Shown piece after piece: positions 1 to 9,283 of a stretch of 64,000 nucleotides of DNA. The translations under genes and the position numbers were made by a program. The notes beneath the pieces were generated by a model. That model worked only from the letters and a program-made list of their open reading frames with translations, did not search any database and was not told the DNA's origin. Every line of letters begins with the position of its first letter. The stretch's first letter is position 1. The DNA lies in the NCBI GenBank assembly GCA_049325515.1, contig JBMOLI010000004.1, forward strand, positions 152,006 through 216,005, given 5' to 3'. The DNA comes from Actinomycetota bacterium. Lineage in GTDB: Bacteria > Actinomycetota > Acidimicrobiia > Acidimicrobiales > VFJN01.

Positions 1-453
1 GATGATCGCCTCGATCTCGCCCGGGCCATGGGCGCCGACCACGTGCTCGACCTGCGCACCACGACCGCCGACGAGCGGGTGGCCGAGGTGAAGGAGCGCA
101 CGGGCGGGTGGGGGGCCGACGTGGTGTGCGAGCTGGTTGGCCGCGCAGAGGCCATCCCGGAGGGCTTGCGCATGGTCGGCATCGGTGGCCGCTACCTCGA
201 GATCGGCACCTTCTATCCGGGCACCTCCTTCGAGCTCGACCCGGGAGCCCTTGTCATGGCCAACCTTCGGATCGAGGCCGTGGCCTCCTACGACGCCCGC
301 AGCCTGGGCCAAGCCCTGGCCTTCCTGCAGCGCCACACTCACGACCTGCCCCTCGAGTCGGTGGTGGCCGACTATCCGCTGGAGCGCATCGACGACGCCT
401 TCGCAGACCAAGATGCCGGCAGGATCACCCGGGCGTCGCTGGTGACGACATGA
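1..453 (+). CDS. Zn-dependent alcohol dehydrogenase (MDR superfamily), C-terminal fragment; 5' end lies outside the window
   Basis: Frame 1 is open from base 1 to TGA 451-453. The tail (GADVVCELVGRAEAIPEGLRMVGIGGRYLEIG...DDAFADQDAGRITRASLV) looks like the cofactor-domain/C-terminal end of MDR dehydrogenases. Its stop overlaps the next start (ATGA). Confidence 0.75.
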   Translation, partial: DDRLDLARAMGADHVLDLRTTTADERVAEVKERTGGWGADVVCELVGRAEAIPEGLRMVGIGGRYLEIGTFYPGTSFELDPGALVMANLRIEAVASYDARSLGQALAFLQRHTHDLPLESVVADYPLERIDDAFADQDAGRITRASLVTT

Positions 454-2060
454 CGGAGGGGTGGCACTACGGGGACCTGTGGGACCTGGCGGCGGACGTG
501 CGCGGCGACCAGCCAGCAATGATCCTGGGCGACCTGCGCCGGTCGTGGTACGACCTGCGTGACCGGGCGGCCAGGCTGGCGAGCTCTCTGGTTGCCGGCG
601 GCGCCGGCCAGGGTGACCGGATCGCCCTCTACCTCTACAACGGGCCCGAGTACCTCGAGGGCACCTACGCCGCCTTCCAGGCCGGGCTCACGCCGGTGAA
701 CACCAACTACCGCTACCGCAGCGACGAGCTCGCCTACCTGTGGGACAACGCCGACGCGGTTGCCGTGGTGTTCCACGGCACCTTCAGCCATACGGTCGAC
801 GCAGTGCGGGACCGCGTCCCGACCGTGACCCGCTGGCTGTGGGTCGATGATGGGTCCGGGCCTTGCCCCCCGTGGGCCGAGCCTTACGAGCGAGTGCTTG
901 AAGAGGGGCCGCCCGGGCCGTTCTTCCCCTCGTGGGGCCGCAGCGGCGACGACGTGGTGATGATCTACACGGGCGGCACCACAGGGTTGCCCAAAGGCGT
1001 CATGTGGAGCCATCACGACATGTACCGGGCGTTCTCCACCGGCGGCGACGCCGACGAGCTCGACCTAGCTGCGGTGCGGCGTCGCCTCGAGGCCGCCGCC
1101 CACGGTCCGGTGGGCCTGCCCGGATCGCCGCTCATGCACGCGACCGGGTTCATGTTCGCTGTGAGCATCCTCACCCAGGGTGGGACGGTCGTCACTCTGC
1201 CCCAGCGCTCCTTCGACGCCGATGCCTTGCTCGACGCCGTGGCGCGGGAGCGGGTGGAGGCCCTGGCGATCGTGGGTGACGCCTTCGCGCGGCCCATGCT
1301 CGAGGCTCTCGACACCGCTGCAGCCCGTGATCTCTCGGCCTTGGCCATGGTGGTGTCGGCTGGAGTGATGTGGAGCGCTGAGACCAAGGCTGGCCTGGCC
1401 AAGCACCTGCCCGGAGCGCTGCTGGTCGACCTGCTCGGCTCGACGGAGGCCCATGGCCTCGGCTCGTCCGTGGCAGGCCCCGGGGAGGAGGCGTCCACCG
1501 CCCGCTTCCGCCTCGGCCACCACGCCATGGTCATCGACGAGCACGACCGCCGGCTCGGCCCCGGCGGCACCGGCAAGCTAGCGGTAGGCGGGCCTTGTCC
1601 CATCGGCTACCACAAGGATCCCGACAAGACGGCCCGCACCTTTCGCATGGTCGAAGGCCAGCGGGTGTCGGTGCCGGGCGACTGGGCCACGGTCGAGGCC
1701 GACGGAACGATCACCCTGTTGGGTCGCGGGTCCTTGTGCATCAACACCGGCGGGGAGAAGGTCTTTCCCGAGGAGGTGGAGGAGGCACTGGAGACCCACC
1801 CGGCTGTGCGCGACTCCACCGTCGTCGGGGTACCCGACCTCAAGTTGGGCGAAGCCGTGGCTGCTGTCGTTGAGCTGGTCGCCGGCGCTTCGGCAACGGA
1901 GGCGGACCTCGTTGCTCACGTGAAGGCGCAGCTGGCCGGGTACAAGGCGCCGCGCCATCTGCTGATTGTGGAGGATGTCGGGCGTTCGCCCAACGGCAAG
2001 GCCGACTACTCACGCGCCCGCACCCTGCTGCTCGACCGCCTCCCCTCCGTCACGACTTGA
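450..2060 (+). CDS. acyl-CoA synthetase / AMP-dependent ligase (FadD-like)
   Basis: AMP-binding motif IYTGGTTGLPKGV and C-terminal GYKAPR...PNGKADY. ATG 450 overlaps the preceding stop. The first 114 codons of the tracked ORF 108..2060 lie inside the upstream gene and read as junk. Confidence 0.9.
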   Translation: MTEGWHYGDLWDLAADVRGDQPAMILGDLRRSWYDLRDRAARLASSLVAGGAGQGDRIALYLYNGPEYLEGTYAAFQAGLTPVNTNYRYRSDELAYLWDNADAVAVVFHGTFSHTVDAVRDRVPTVTRWLWVDDGSGPCPPWAEPYERVLEEGPPGPFFPSWGRSGDDVVMIYTGGTTGLPKGVMWSHHDMYRAFSTGGDADELDLAAVRRRLEAAAHGPVGLPGSPLMHATGFMFAVSILTQGGTVVTLPQRSFDADALLDAVARERVEALAIVGDAFARPMLEALDTAAARDLSALAMVVSAGVMWSAETKAGLAKHLPGALLVDLLGSTEAHGLGSSVAGPGEEASTARFRLGHHAMVIDEHDRRLGPGGTGKLAVGGPCPIGYHKDPDKTARTFRMVEGQRVSVPGDWATVEADGTITLLGRGSLCINTGGEKVFPEEVEEALETHPAVRDSTVVGVPDLKLGEAVAAVVELVAGASATEADLVAHVKAQLAGYKAPRHLLIVEDVGRSPNGKADYSRARTLLLDRLPSVTT

Positions 2061-2205
2061 GGAGCGAACCGTTGATCACGTCCGGATTCACGTTCGACCA
2101 TCGTGTTCCCACGCCGCCTGAGGGCTCGGCAGATCTCGCAGACGGCCTGCGGGGCCACAGCCTGCACGACGCCGGCGTCAACCCTGCAGCCGTGACCATC
2201 TGACC

Positions 2206-3477
2206 GTGAGCGCCACCCCTGCCGAGGAGAGCGTGCGCGCCGAGGTGCAGGCATGGCTGGCCCGAGCCTGGGATCCGGAGCTTCCGTTGAGGCAGTGGCG
2301 CGAGATGCTGGCTGACTCGGGCTGGGCCTGCCCGTCCTGGCCCGTCGAGTGCCTGGGTCGTGGTCTGTCGGCGGATCTGGCCAAGGTGGTGGCGGAGGAG
2401 CTGCGATCCGCCGGAGCAGTGGGGCCCGCCATCGGTGTGGGGATGTCGCTCGCTGCTCCGACGCTCCTGGCCCACGGGTCCGACGAGCTGAAGGCGCGGC
2501 TGCTGCGACCCATCGTCACCGGGGAGGACACCTGGTGCCAGCTCTTCAGCGAGCCTGGCAACGGCTCCGACCTCGCCGGCCTCACGACGCGGGCCACCCG
2601 TGACGGTGATGAGTTCGTGGTGGAGGGGCAGAAGGTATGGACCACGGGAGCCCAGCACGCGGCGTTCGGGATGCTCCTGGCTCGCACCGATTGGGACGTG
2701 CCCAAGCATCGGGGCATCACGTTCTTCGCACTCCCGATGCGTCGGCCGGGGATCGAGGTGCGGCCCTTGCGTCAGATGAACGGGCGGTCGTCGTTCAACG
2801 AGGTGTTCATCACCGGCGCCCGAGTGCCGGCCACCAACGTGGTGGGCGATGTCCACGGAGGCTGGGCGGCCGCTCTCACCACCCTGGCACACGAGAGAGG
2901 GCTGGCGGCGGGCATCTTTGGAGGGCTGCCTCCCTCCGGCGGCGGCCGCACGCGGACCGAGGCGCTGGCCGAGGCCTCGGCGTACCTGACCACCTACGAG
3001 TGGTACCCGCAGCGGGCCGGTCGGGCTGACCTGGTGCCCGGGCGGGCCGCTGCCGCCGGGGTGGCGCAGGAGCCGACCGTGCGCCAGGTGGTGGCCCACT
3101 TGGCGGCAACCGAGCGCACGGCACGCTGGACGGCGGATCGGGCTGCGGCCGCCCGGCGGTCCGGGAGGCCGCCGGGGGCCGAGGGCTCGATCGGCAAGCT
3201 GGCTGCCAGCCTCATCGCCCGTGAGGCCGCCGCCGCCCACTCCACCATCGCCGGGGCCAGCGGGATGCTCACCGGGCCCGACTCGCCCGAGGGCGGGATC
3301 GTGGCCGAAGTGCTCGTCTCGGTGCCGGGGGCGTCGATAGCGGGCGGCACCGACGAGGTGCAGCGCAACATCGTCGGGGAGCGGGTCCTGGGGCTCCCCA
3401 AGGAGCCGTCGGTCGACGCCGACGTGCCGTTCCGGGCCGTCAAGGTCAACCAACGAGGTACGAGGGAGGACCGATGA
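2206..3477 (+). CDS. acyl-CoA dehydrogenase family protein (FadE-like), paralogue 1
   Basis: WCQLFSEPGNGSDLAGL...GQKVWTTGA and C-terminal GGTDEVQRNIVGERVLGLPKEP are typical ACAD strings. GTG start. Paralogous to 21757..23043 and 39985..41237. Confidence 0.9.
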   Translation: MSATPAEESVRAEVQAWLARAWDPELPLRQWREMLADSGWACPSWPVECLGRGLSADLAKVVAEELRSAGAVGPAIGVGMSLAAPTLLAHGSDELKARLLRPIVTGEDTWCQLFSEPGNGSDLAGLTTRATRDGDEFVVEGQKVWTTGAQHAAFGMLLARTDWDVPKHRGITFFALPMRRPGIEVRPLRQMNGRSSFNEVFITGARVPATNVVGDVHGGWAAALTTLAHERGLAAGIFGGLPPSGGGRTRTEALAEASAYLTTYEWYPQRAGRADLVPGRAAAAGVAQEPTVRQVVAHLAATERTARWTADRAAAARRSGRPPGAEGSIGKLAASLIAREAAAAHSTIAGASGMLTGPDSPEGGIVAEVLVSVPGASIAGGTDEVQRNIVGERVLGLPKEPSVDADVPFRAVKVNQRGTREDR

Positions 3478-4553
3478 AGGTCGGCGTGCAGATGGTGTTC
3501 CAGTCCCACGGCTACGGCCCGGAGGTGACGGATCGACAGGTGGTGCAGGAGGAGGTGCAGCTCGGGGTGCTCGCAGATGAGCTCGGGTTCGACGCCATCT
3601 GGCCGGTCGAGCACCACTTCGCCGACTACGCGTTCTGCCCCGACAACACGCTGTTCCTGGCCCACATGGCCGCTCGCACGCAACGCATCAGCCTGGGGAC
3701 CGGCGCGGTCATCCTGCCGTGGAACGACCCGCTGCGGGTAGCCGAGCGGATCGCGCTCCTCGACGACCTGGCGGACGGGCGGGTGCTCTTCGGCGTGGGC
3801 CGGGGGCTGGCCCGTCGGGAGTACGAGGGGTTCGGCATCCCGATGGACGAGTCCCGTGAGCGCTTCGACGAGGCCGCTCGCATGGTGATCGACGCACTGG
3901 AGACCGGGTGGATCGAGGGCGAGGGCCCCTTCTACCCGCAGGCCCGCACCCCGATACGCCCGGTTCCGGAGCGATCGTTCCGGGACCGCTTCTACTGCGT
4001 GGCCATGTCGCCCGACTCGGTGCTGGCGGCAGCCGACCTCGGTGCTCGCATGGTGGTGTTCAGCCAGCGTCCCTGGGAGGACCAGGCCGCCGCGATGGCC
4101 ACCTACCGGGAGCGCTTCACCAAGGTGCACGGCAGCCCGCCCGGACCGCCGATCACTTGCGACTTCGTCTTCTGCGACGACGATGCCGGCCGGGCGGAGG
4201 AGATGGCCCACCGGCACATCGCGGGCTACCTCGCGAGTGTGATGCAGCACTACGAGCTGGCCTCCGATCACTTCAAGGAGGCCAAGGGCTACGAGTCGTA
4301 CGGCAACGCCGTCGACCTTCTCCAGGCCATCGGCCTGGAGAAGATGTGCGACATGTACCTCAGCGTCAATGCATGGGGCACGCCCGAGCAGATCCTCGAG
4401 CGGCTGCACGCTCGTCGGGAGCTCATCGGCCCCTTCGACCTCACGGCCTGCTTCCGGTACTCGGGCCTCCCTCTGCGGGACGCCGAGCGGAGCATGCGAA
4501 CCTTTGCCCGCCAGGTTCTGCCGGCCCTGCATGAGGACAAGGTGATGGCGTGA
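3474..4553 (+). CDS. luciferase-like monooxygenase (LLM class flavin-dependent oxidoreductase)
   Basis: MKVGVQMVF...LGFDAIWPVEHHF...ISLGTGAVILPWNDPLRVAE...GRVLFGVGRG is an LLM/LuxA-like N-terminal pattern. ATGA overlap with the upstream ACAD. Confidence 0.85.
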   Translation: MKVGVQMVFQSHGYGPEVTDRQVVQEEVQLGVLADELGFDAIWPVEHHFADYAFCPDNTLFLAHMAARTQRISLGTGAVILPWNDPLRVAERIALLDDLADGRVLFGVGRGLARREYEGFGIPMDESRERFDEAARMVIDALETGWIEGEGPFYPQARTPIRPVPERSFRDRFYCVAMSPDSVLAAADLGARMVVFSQRPWEDQAAAMATYRERFTKVHGSPPGPPITCDFVFCDDDAGRAEEMAHRHIAGYLASVMQHYELASDHFKEAKGYESYGNAVDLLQAIGLEKMCDMYLSVNAWGTPEQILERLHARRELIGPFDLTACFRYSGLPLRDAERSMRTFARQVLPALHEDKVMA

Positions 4554-5116
4554 TGGGTGAAGGACGCGTGCCGCGCCTCGCACCCGAGGCCGCCCGGGCG
4601 GCGGCGACGGCGACCGGCATCCCCGAGTTCATGGCAGACCTGTCGGTGTTCCAGGTGTTGCTCCACAACCCGAACGTGGCTGCCGCCCTCAACGAGATGC
4701 TGCGCCGACTGCTGTGGGAGGGCACGCTCGACGCTCGCCTGCGCGAGCTGATCATCATGCGGCTGGGCTGGGCCACCGGCTCGGAGTACGAGTGGACCCA
4801 GCACTGGCGGGTCGCCAGGCAGCTGGGGGTGGAGGCGGAAGATCTCCTTGCTGTGCGCGATTGGCCGGCCTCCGACCGCTTCGGGCCGGTCGAGCAGGCG
4901 GTGCTGGCGGCCACCGACGACGTGCTGGAGCTGGGTGCGGTCAGCGACGAGTCGTGGCGTCGCTGCGAGGAGGCCCTGCCCGACCCGGCCGTGCAGGTGG
5001 AGCTGGTGGTGGCCATCGCCAACTGGCGGTTGTTCTCCACGCTCCTGCGGTCGCTGCAGGTGCCCCTCGAGGAGGGCGTTGAGTCGTGGCCGCCCGATGG
5101 CAAGCGCCCCGGTTGA
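4550..5116 (+). CDS. carboxymuconolactone decarboxylase (AhpD-like) family protein
   Basis: FQVLLHNPNVAAALNEM...RLRELIIMRLGWATGSEYEWTQHW matches the CMD-family pattern. GTGA/ATG overlap with the LLM stop. Confidence 0.75.
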   Translation: MMGEGRVPRLAPEAARAAATATGIPEFMADLSVFQVLLHNPNVAAALNEMLRRLLWEGTLDARLRELIIMRLGWATGSEYEWTQHWRVARQLGVEAEDLLAVRDWPASDRFGPVEQAVLAATDDVLELGAVSDESWRRCEEALPDPAVQVELVVAIANWRLFSTLLRSLQVPLEEGVESWPPDGKRPG

Positions 5117-5152
5117 GGCTGCCGATCACGAGGTGAGAGCTCTGCTGCGCCT

Positions 5153-6385
5153 CTAGCAAACGGCCGCAGCATCCCAACGAACAGGCAGGCAACGGGGTCC
5201 GCGCACCTGGCCACCAGTCCAGGCCACGTCGTTGGCCTCGATGTCGGCCAGCTCGAAGGTGGGCACCCGTCGCAGCCACTCCTCGATCGCGACGCGCAGC
5301 TCCATGCGAGCCAGGTTCGAGCCGAGGCACCGGTGGATGCCCGACCCGAAGGCGAAGTGACGGTTCCTGGTCCGGTCGATCACGAACTCGTCGGCCCGCT
5401 CGAACATGGCCGGATCGCGGTTGCCCGCCGGGAAGGTCATGAGCACCTTGTCACCCATGCGCATCGGGCACCCGCTGAACTCGGTGTCCTCGGTGACGTA
5501 CCGGGCCATGGTGACCGGGCTGTAGTACCGCAGGAACTCCTCGACGGCGGTCGTCATGAGCTCGGGCTCGGCGCGCAGCCGCGCCTGGTCCTGCGGATGG
5601 GTGGCCAGGTGCCAGATGCTCGAGCCGATCGCGCTCCACGTGGTGTCGATGCCGGCCAGCAGGAGCAGGAAGCAGGAGCCGATGATGTGGCGGTCGGTCA
5701 GGGGGTCGCCGTCGACCTCCGCCTCGATGAGCAACGTCAGGAGATCGTCGGGCCGCTCGTCGGCAGGGACAGCGCGTCGTTCAGCACTCCGCTCGCTGAA
5801 GTAGGTGATCAGCTCCATGACGGCGCCAGTGGCCTTGTCGATGTTGGTGAAGCCCTCCTGCAGGATGGTGACGGCCCACCCCGTGAAGATGGCTTCGTCG
5901 TCCGGCGGGATGCCCAACATCTGGGCGATCACCCGCACAGGGATGTGCTGCGCGTAGTCCGTCGCGGCATCCGCGTGGCCGTCGGCGATCACCGCATCGA
6001 TGAGCTCGTTCGCCAGCCCCCGGGTGACGGGGGTGACCGCCTCGATGGCGCTCGGGCCGAAGGCAGGGAGCAGGAGCCGTCGGGCCCAGGTGTGGACTGG
6101 CGGGTCTGAGGTGATCGGCGGCGCCTCGAGCATCATCGGCTGCAGCGGGTTGAGCTCGCGGTTCGGGGTGATCACCGCGATGTCGCGTGAGGAGAATCGC
6201 TCCACGTCGTGGGCGATCTTGGCCAGGTCGTCGTAGCTCACGGGCATCCAGGTGCGGCCGTACCGCTCGGTCTGTGCGATGGGGCAGGTGCCCCGAAGCT
6301 GTGACCAGATGCTCGCTGGGTCGAGGATGTAGCGCGGATCGAGGATGTCGAAGTCCGCCGCCCAATCCGTGGTGCTGCTTCTCAT
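5153..6385 (-). CDS. cytochrome P450
   Basis: Heme loop FGSGIHRCLGSNLA, ExxR (EEFLRYYSP) and I-helix LLLAGIDTTWS. Start taken at ATG 6383-6385 (MRSSTTDW), preceded by GAAGGG. The longer tracked ORF start is upstream junk overlapping the ferredoxin. Confidence 0.9.
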   Translation of the reverse strand: MRSSTTDWAADFDILDPRYILDPASIWSQLRGTCPIAQTERYGRTWMPVSYDDLAKIAHDVERFSSRDIAVITPNRELNPLQPMMLEAPPITSDPPVHTWARRLLLPAFGPSAIEAVTPVTRGLANELIDAVIADGHADAATDYAQHIPVRVIAQMLGIPPDDEAIFTGWAVTILQEGFTNIDKATGAVMELITYFSERSAERRAVPADERPDDLLTLLIEAEVDGDPLTDRHIIGSCFLLLLAGIDTTWSAIGSSIWHLATHPQDQARLRAEPELMTTAVEEFLRYYSPVTMARYVTEDTEFSGCPMRMGDKVLMTFPAGNRDPAMFERADEFVIDRTRNRHFAFGSGIHRCLGSNLARMELRVAIEEWLRRVPTFELADIEANDVAWTGGQVRGPRCLPVRWDAAAVC

Positions 6386-6401
6386 GGTGGGCCCTTCAGA
6401 C

Positions 6402-6599
6402 TCAGTCGGTGGACGTGCTGATGGCGTACTCGGGGCAGTTGTCGACGGCCAGGAGGGCGTCGCTCTCCAGCTCGGGAGGCACACGACCGTCACCGATCGG
6501 CGAGGCGGTGCCGAGGTCGTCGATCTGGAACAGCGAGGGCGCCAGCACGACGCATCGGTTGTGGCCCTGGCACTCGGCTTGGTCTACGTGAACGCGCAC
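6402..6599 (-). CDS. small [3Fe-4S]-type ferredoxin (P450 redox partner type)
   Basis: 65 aa. GTG start gives MRVHVDQAECQGHNRC...NCPEYAI (CxxHxxC...CP motif). It ends 16 nt upstream of the P450 start. The rest of tracked ORF 6402..7262 is antisense shadow of the ALDH gene. Confidence 0.8.
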   Translation of the reverse strand: MRVHVDQAECQGHNRCVVLAPSLFQIDDLGTASPIGDGRVPPELESDALLAVDNCPEYAISTSTD

Positions 6600-6661
6600 G
6601 TCGCTGATACTACATGGGTCGTAACGTGTCGCGTGTCGTCTGGGCCGCGCCGCTTCGTGGG

Positions 6662-8116
6662 TCAGGACAGGTCGACGTACACGTTCTTGGGCTGCGTGTA
6701 CAGGTCGATCCCCCAGCGACCGCCCTCCCGGCCGTGGCCGCTCTCCTTGACTCCGCCGAAGGGGGCGGTGTGGGGCACCACGCCGTAGCAGTTCACCCAC
6801 ACCGTGCCAGCCCGGAGACGACGGGCGACGCGGTGGGCGCGGCCGACATCGCGCGTCCAGACGCCTGCAGCAAGGCCGTAGGCGGTGTCGTTGGCCCGCC
6901 GCACGAGCTCGTCCTCGTCGCGGAAGGGGAGCACCGTGACCACGGGGCCGAACACCTCCTCCCGAGCGATCTCGGAGTCGTCCGAGGCGCCGACCACGAC
7001 GGCCGGGTTCAGGTACCAGCCCCCCGCCAGCGCTGGCGTGGAGGGCCGGTCGCCGCCGCACACGACCTCTGCGCCTGCGTCGGTGGCGCGCTCGAGCATC
7101 TCCTCCACCTTGCGGCGGTGGGCCGCGGTGATGAGGGGACCGAGCACCGTGCCCTCGGTGGCAGGGTGGCCCACGGGCAGAGTGCGAGCCACACCGCAGA
7201 CCTGGTCCACCACTTCGTCCACCAGCGGCTCCTCCACGAAGAGGCGGCTTCCCGCCACGCACGCCTGGCCTGTGAGGGCGAATGCCGCCAACGCCGCCCC
7301 CACGCCGATGCGGGAGGTGTCGGCGTCGGCGAACACCACGTTGGGCGATTTTCCGCCCAGCTCCAGCGCTACCGGCACGAGGTGGTCGGCGGCGAGCTTG
7401 GAGATGGCGACGCCGGCGGTCCGAGATCCGGTGAAGCTCACCCGGTCGACGTCGGGGTGAGACACCAGGGCCTGGCCCTGCTCCACGCCGCCCAGCACGA
7501 CGTTCACGGCACCGTCGGGGAGTCCCGCCTCCTGGCAGAGCTCGGCGAAGCGCAGGGCAGGGAGCGAGGCCAGGGGTGACGGCTTGATGACCACGGCGTT
7601 GCCGGCCGCCAGGGCCGGGCCCACCTTGGAACCGAGGAACAGGGATGGCGTGTTGTAGGCCGTGAGGATCGCAACCACGCCGTAGGGCTCCGGCACCACG
7701 TAGTCGAGTGCCCCCGTGGAGGTCAGCGGCACGACCTGGCCATCCAGCTTGTCGATCCAGGAGGCGTAGTAGGCGAGGTTCTTGCTCAGGGCGGCGACCG
7801 AGAACCGTCGCGCCAGCTCCAGCGGTACCCCGTTCTCCGAGCTCTCCAGAGCGCTGAGCTCATCCGTGCTCTCCGCCACCAGCGCCCCGAGGCGGGCCAG
7901 CATGTGCTGCCGGCGGCCGGGCGACACCTGGCCCCACGGGCCCTCGAAGGCGACCCGGGCGCAGGTGACGGCCCGGTCGACTCCGGCGGACGACGTCGCT
8001 GGCAGCTCGCAGAGCTGCTGGCCGGTCGCAGGGTCTTCGCATGCGAAGGGCAGGCCGTCCGCGTCCCACGACCCTCCGATACGCGCCGCGGCCCGTGGCA
8101 AGTGGTCTAGTGCCAT
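6662..8116 (-). CDS. aldehyde dehydrogenase (NAD(P)+)
   Basis: ELGGKSPNVVFADAD and LTGQACVAGSR catalytic strings plus FTGSRTAG. ATG 8114-8116 is preceded by GGGAG. An alternative GTG lies at 8140. Confidence 0.9.
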   Translation of the reverse strand: MALDHLPRAAARIGGSWDADGLPFACEDPATGQQLCELPATSSAGVDRAVTCARVAFEGPWGQVSPGRRQHMLARLGALVAESTDELSALESSENGVPLELARRFSVAALSKNLAYYASWIDKLDGQVVPLTSTGALDYVVPEPYGVVAILTAYNTPSLFLGSKVGPALAAGNAVVIKPSPLASLPALRFAELCQEAGLPDGAVNVVLGGVEQGQALVSHPDVDRVSFTGSRTAGVAISKLAADHLVPVALELGGKSPNVVFADADTSRIGVGAALAAFALTGQACVAGSRLFVEEPLVDEVVDQVCGVARTLPVGHPATEGTVLGPLITAAHRRKVEEMLERATDAGAEVVCGGDRPSTPALAGGWYLNPAVVVGASDDSEIAREEVFGPVVTVLPFRDEDELVRRANDTAYGLAAGVWTRDVGRAHRVARRLRAGTVWVNCYGVVPHTAPFGGVKESGHGREGGRWGIDLYTQPKNVYVDLS

Positions 8117-8133
8117 GTGACTCCCTGCTCGTG

Positions 8134-8162
8134 TTGACACTCATGGGTGACACAAGGATCAT
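8134..8162 (+). promoter_or_regulatory. candidate sigma-A-type promoter for the TetR gene (TTGACA-17 nt-GATCAT), with a TGACAC direct repeat
   Basis: TTGACA at 8134-8139, 17-nt spacer, GATCAT at 8157-8162. TGACAC recurs at 8135-8140 and 8148-8153. Pattern match only. Confidence 0.25.
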
Positions 8163-8227
8163 GCCGGGCGCGCGATCACCGTGCAATCGTTGGTCGCGTC
8201 TTGTTCGTCAACCTGGAGGAACCGCTG

Positions 8228-8842
8228 ATGGCCGTGCAGGCTCTGTCACCTGCGACGACACGGGCGCGCAGGGGCCTGGTGTCCGAGAAGATCCTGCGGG
8301 CGGCGAGGGTTGCGCTCGCCGAGCGGGGGCTGTCCGTGCGGGTGGAAGACGTTGCCGATGTCGCTGGCATCAGCAGACGGACCGTCTTCCGCCACTTCGC
8401 CTCGCGCGAGGAGCTGCTCGCCGCTGCGCTGCGGGATTCGATGCGCAGCTATGCAGACCACCTGCCCCGCTATGAACCCGGGCGGCCACTGGCCGAGTGG
8501 CTCGACGAGGCGTTCGTCGTCGCACACGAGATGAACGCCCGGCACGGGCGTGTGTACTTCGAGCTGGCGTTGGCCACCGAACTCGAGGGGCCCCTGGCGG
8601 AGGTGGCAGAGCTCCGCCGCTCAGCCCGTGCCGAGCTGGTGCGGCGGTTCTCCGACGCGGCGTGGACGGCCTCCGGGGCACGTGGCCGACCACCGGTGTG
8701 GCTGGTCGACACCGTGGCCATCCTGCTGTCGGCCTTCGCGACGGAAGCCTTGGTGGGCGACTTCGGACGGACGCCAGCGCAGGCCGGCCACGTGGCGGCC
8801 CGGGCGCTGGAGCACGCGATCGCCGCTGCGACGATCGACTGA
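8228..8842 (+). CDS. TetR/AcrR family transcriptional regulator
   Basis: HTH VEDVADVAGISRRTVFRHFASREELL. ATG 8228 is preceded by GGAGGA. Divergent from the ALDH-ferredoxin-P450 operon. Confidence 0.85.
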   Translation: MAVQALSPATTRARRGLVSEKILRAARVALAERGLSVRVEDVADVAGISRRTVFRHFASREELLAAALRDSMRSYADHLPRYEPGRPLAEWLDEAFVVAHEMNARHGRVYFELALATELEGPLAEVAELRRSARAELVRRFSDAAWTASGARGRPPVWLVDTVAILLSAFATEALVGDFGRTPAQAGHVAARALEHAIAAATID

Positions 8843-8864
8843 CCCGCCGGTCGGCGGCCTCAGC

Positions 8865-9269
8865 TCAGGTGGCGGGGCGGAAGAGGGGAAGGCGCCGACC
8901 GTCGCTCAGCTCTTCGTCCCAGCTGACCTCGACGCGCATGCCGCAACGCACCGCGGCCGGCTCGCACCCGACGATGTTGGTTGCCATGCGGTACCCGTCG
9001 TAGAGGTCGACCAAGGCCAGGACGAACGGGGCCATGTCCGCCAGCATCGGGTTGCCGGCCTTGTGCATGATGTTGAACGTGTAGACCTCGCCACGGCCCG
9101 TCGACTCGACCCATCGGAGGCGGTCGCCCAGGCACGACGTGCACCGCTCGCGTGGGTACCAGACGGTCGCGTTGCAGTCGTCGCATCGCTGCACCATGAG
9201 CTGCTGCGAGCGGGTGGCGTCCCAGAAGGGCTCGCTCAGCGGGGTCGGAGAGGGCTCGAGGCGCGGCAT
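8865..9269 (-). CDS. DUF35 OB-fold / Zn-ribbon protein (thiolase partner)
   Basis: CDDCNATVWYPRERCTSC zinc ribbon followed by an OB-fold-like GEVYTFNIMH...FVLALVDL. ATG 9267-9269 lies 14 nt after the thiolase stop. Confidence 0.8.
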   Translation of the reverse strand: MPRLEPSPTPLSEPFWDATRSQQLMVQRCDDCNATVWYPRERCTSCLGDRLRWVESTGRGEVYTFNIMHKAGNPMLADMAPFVLALVDLYDGYRMATNIVGCEPAAVRCGMRVEVSWDEELSDGRRLPLFRPAT

Positions 9270-9283
9270 GAGGGCTCCTGGGG

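Noticed and set aside
2050-4583. Long minus-strand ORFs 2050..3453 (467 aa) and 2994..4583 (529 aa)
   Set aside because: They are antisense shadows of the well-supported ACAD and LLM genes. The translations are Arg/Gly/Pro-rich with no motifs. Long open antisense frames are expected in high-G+C DNA.
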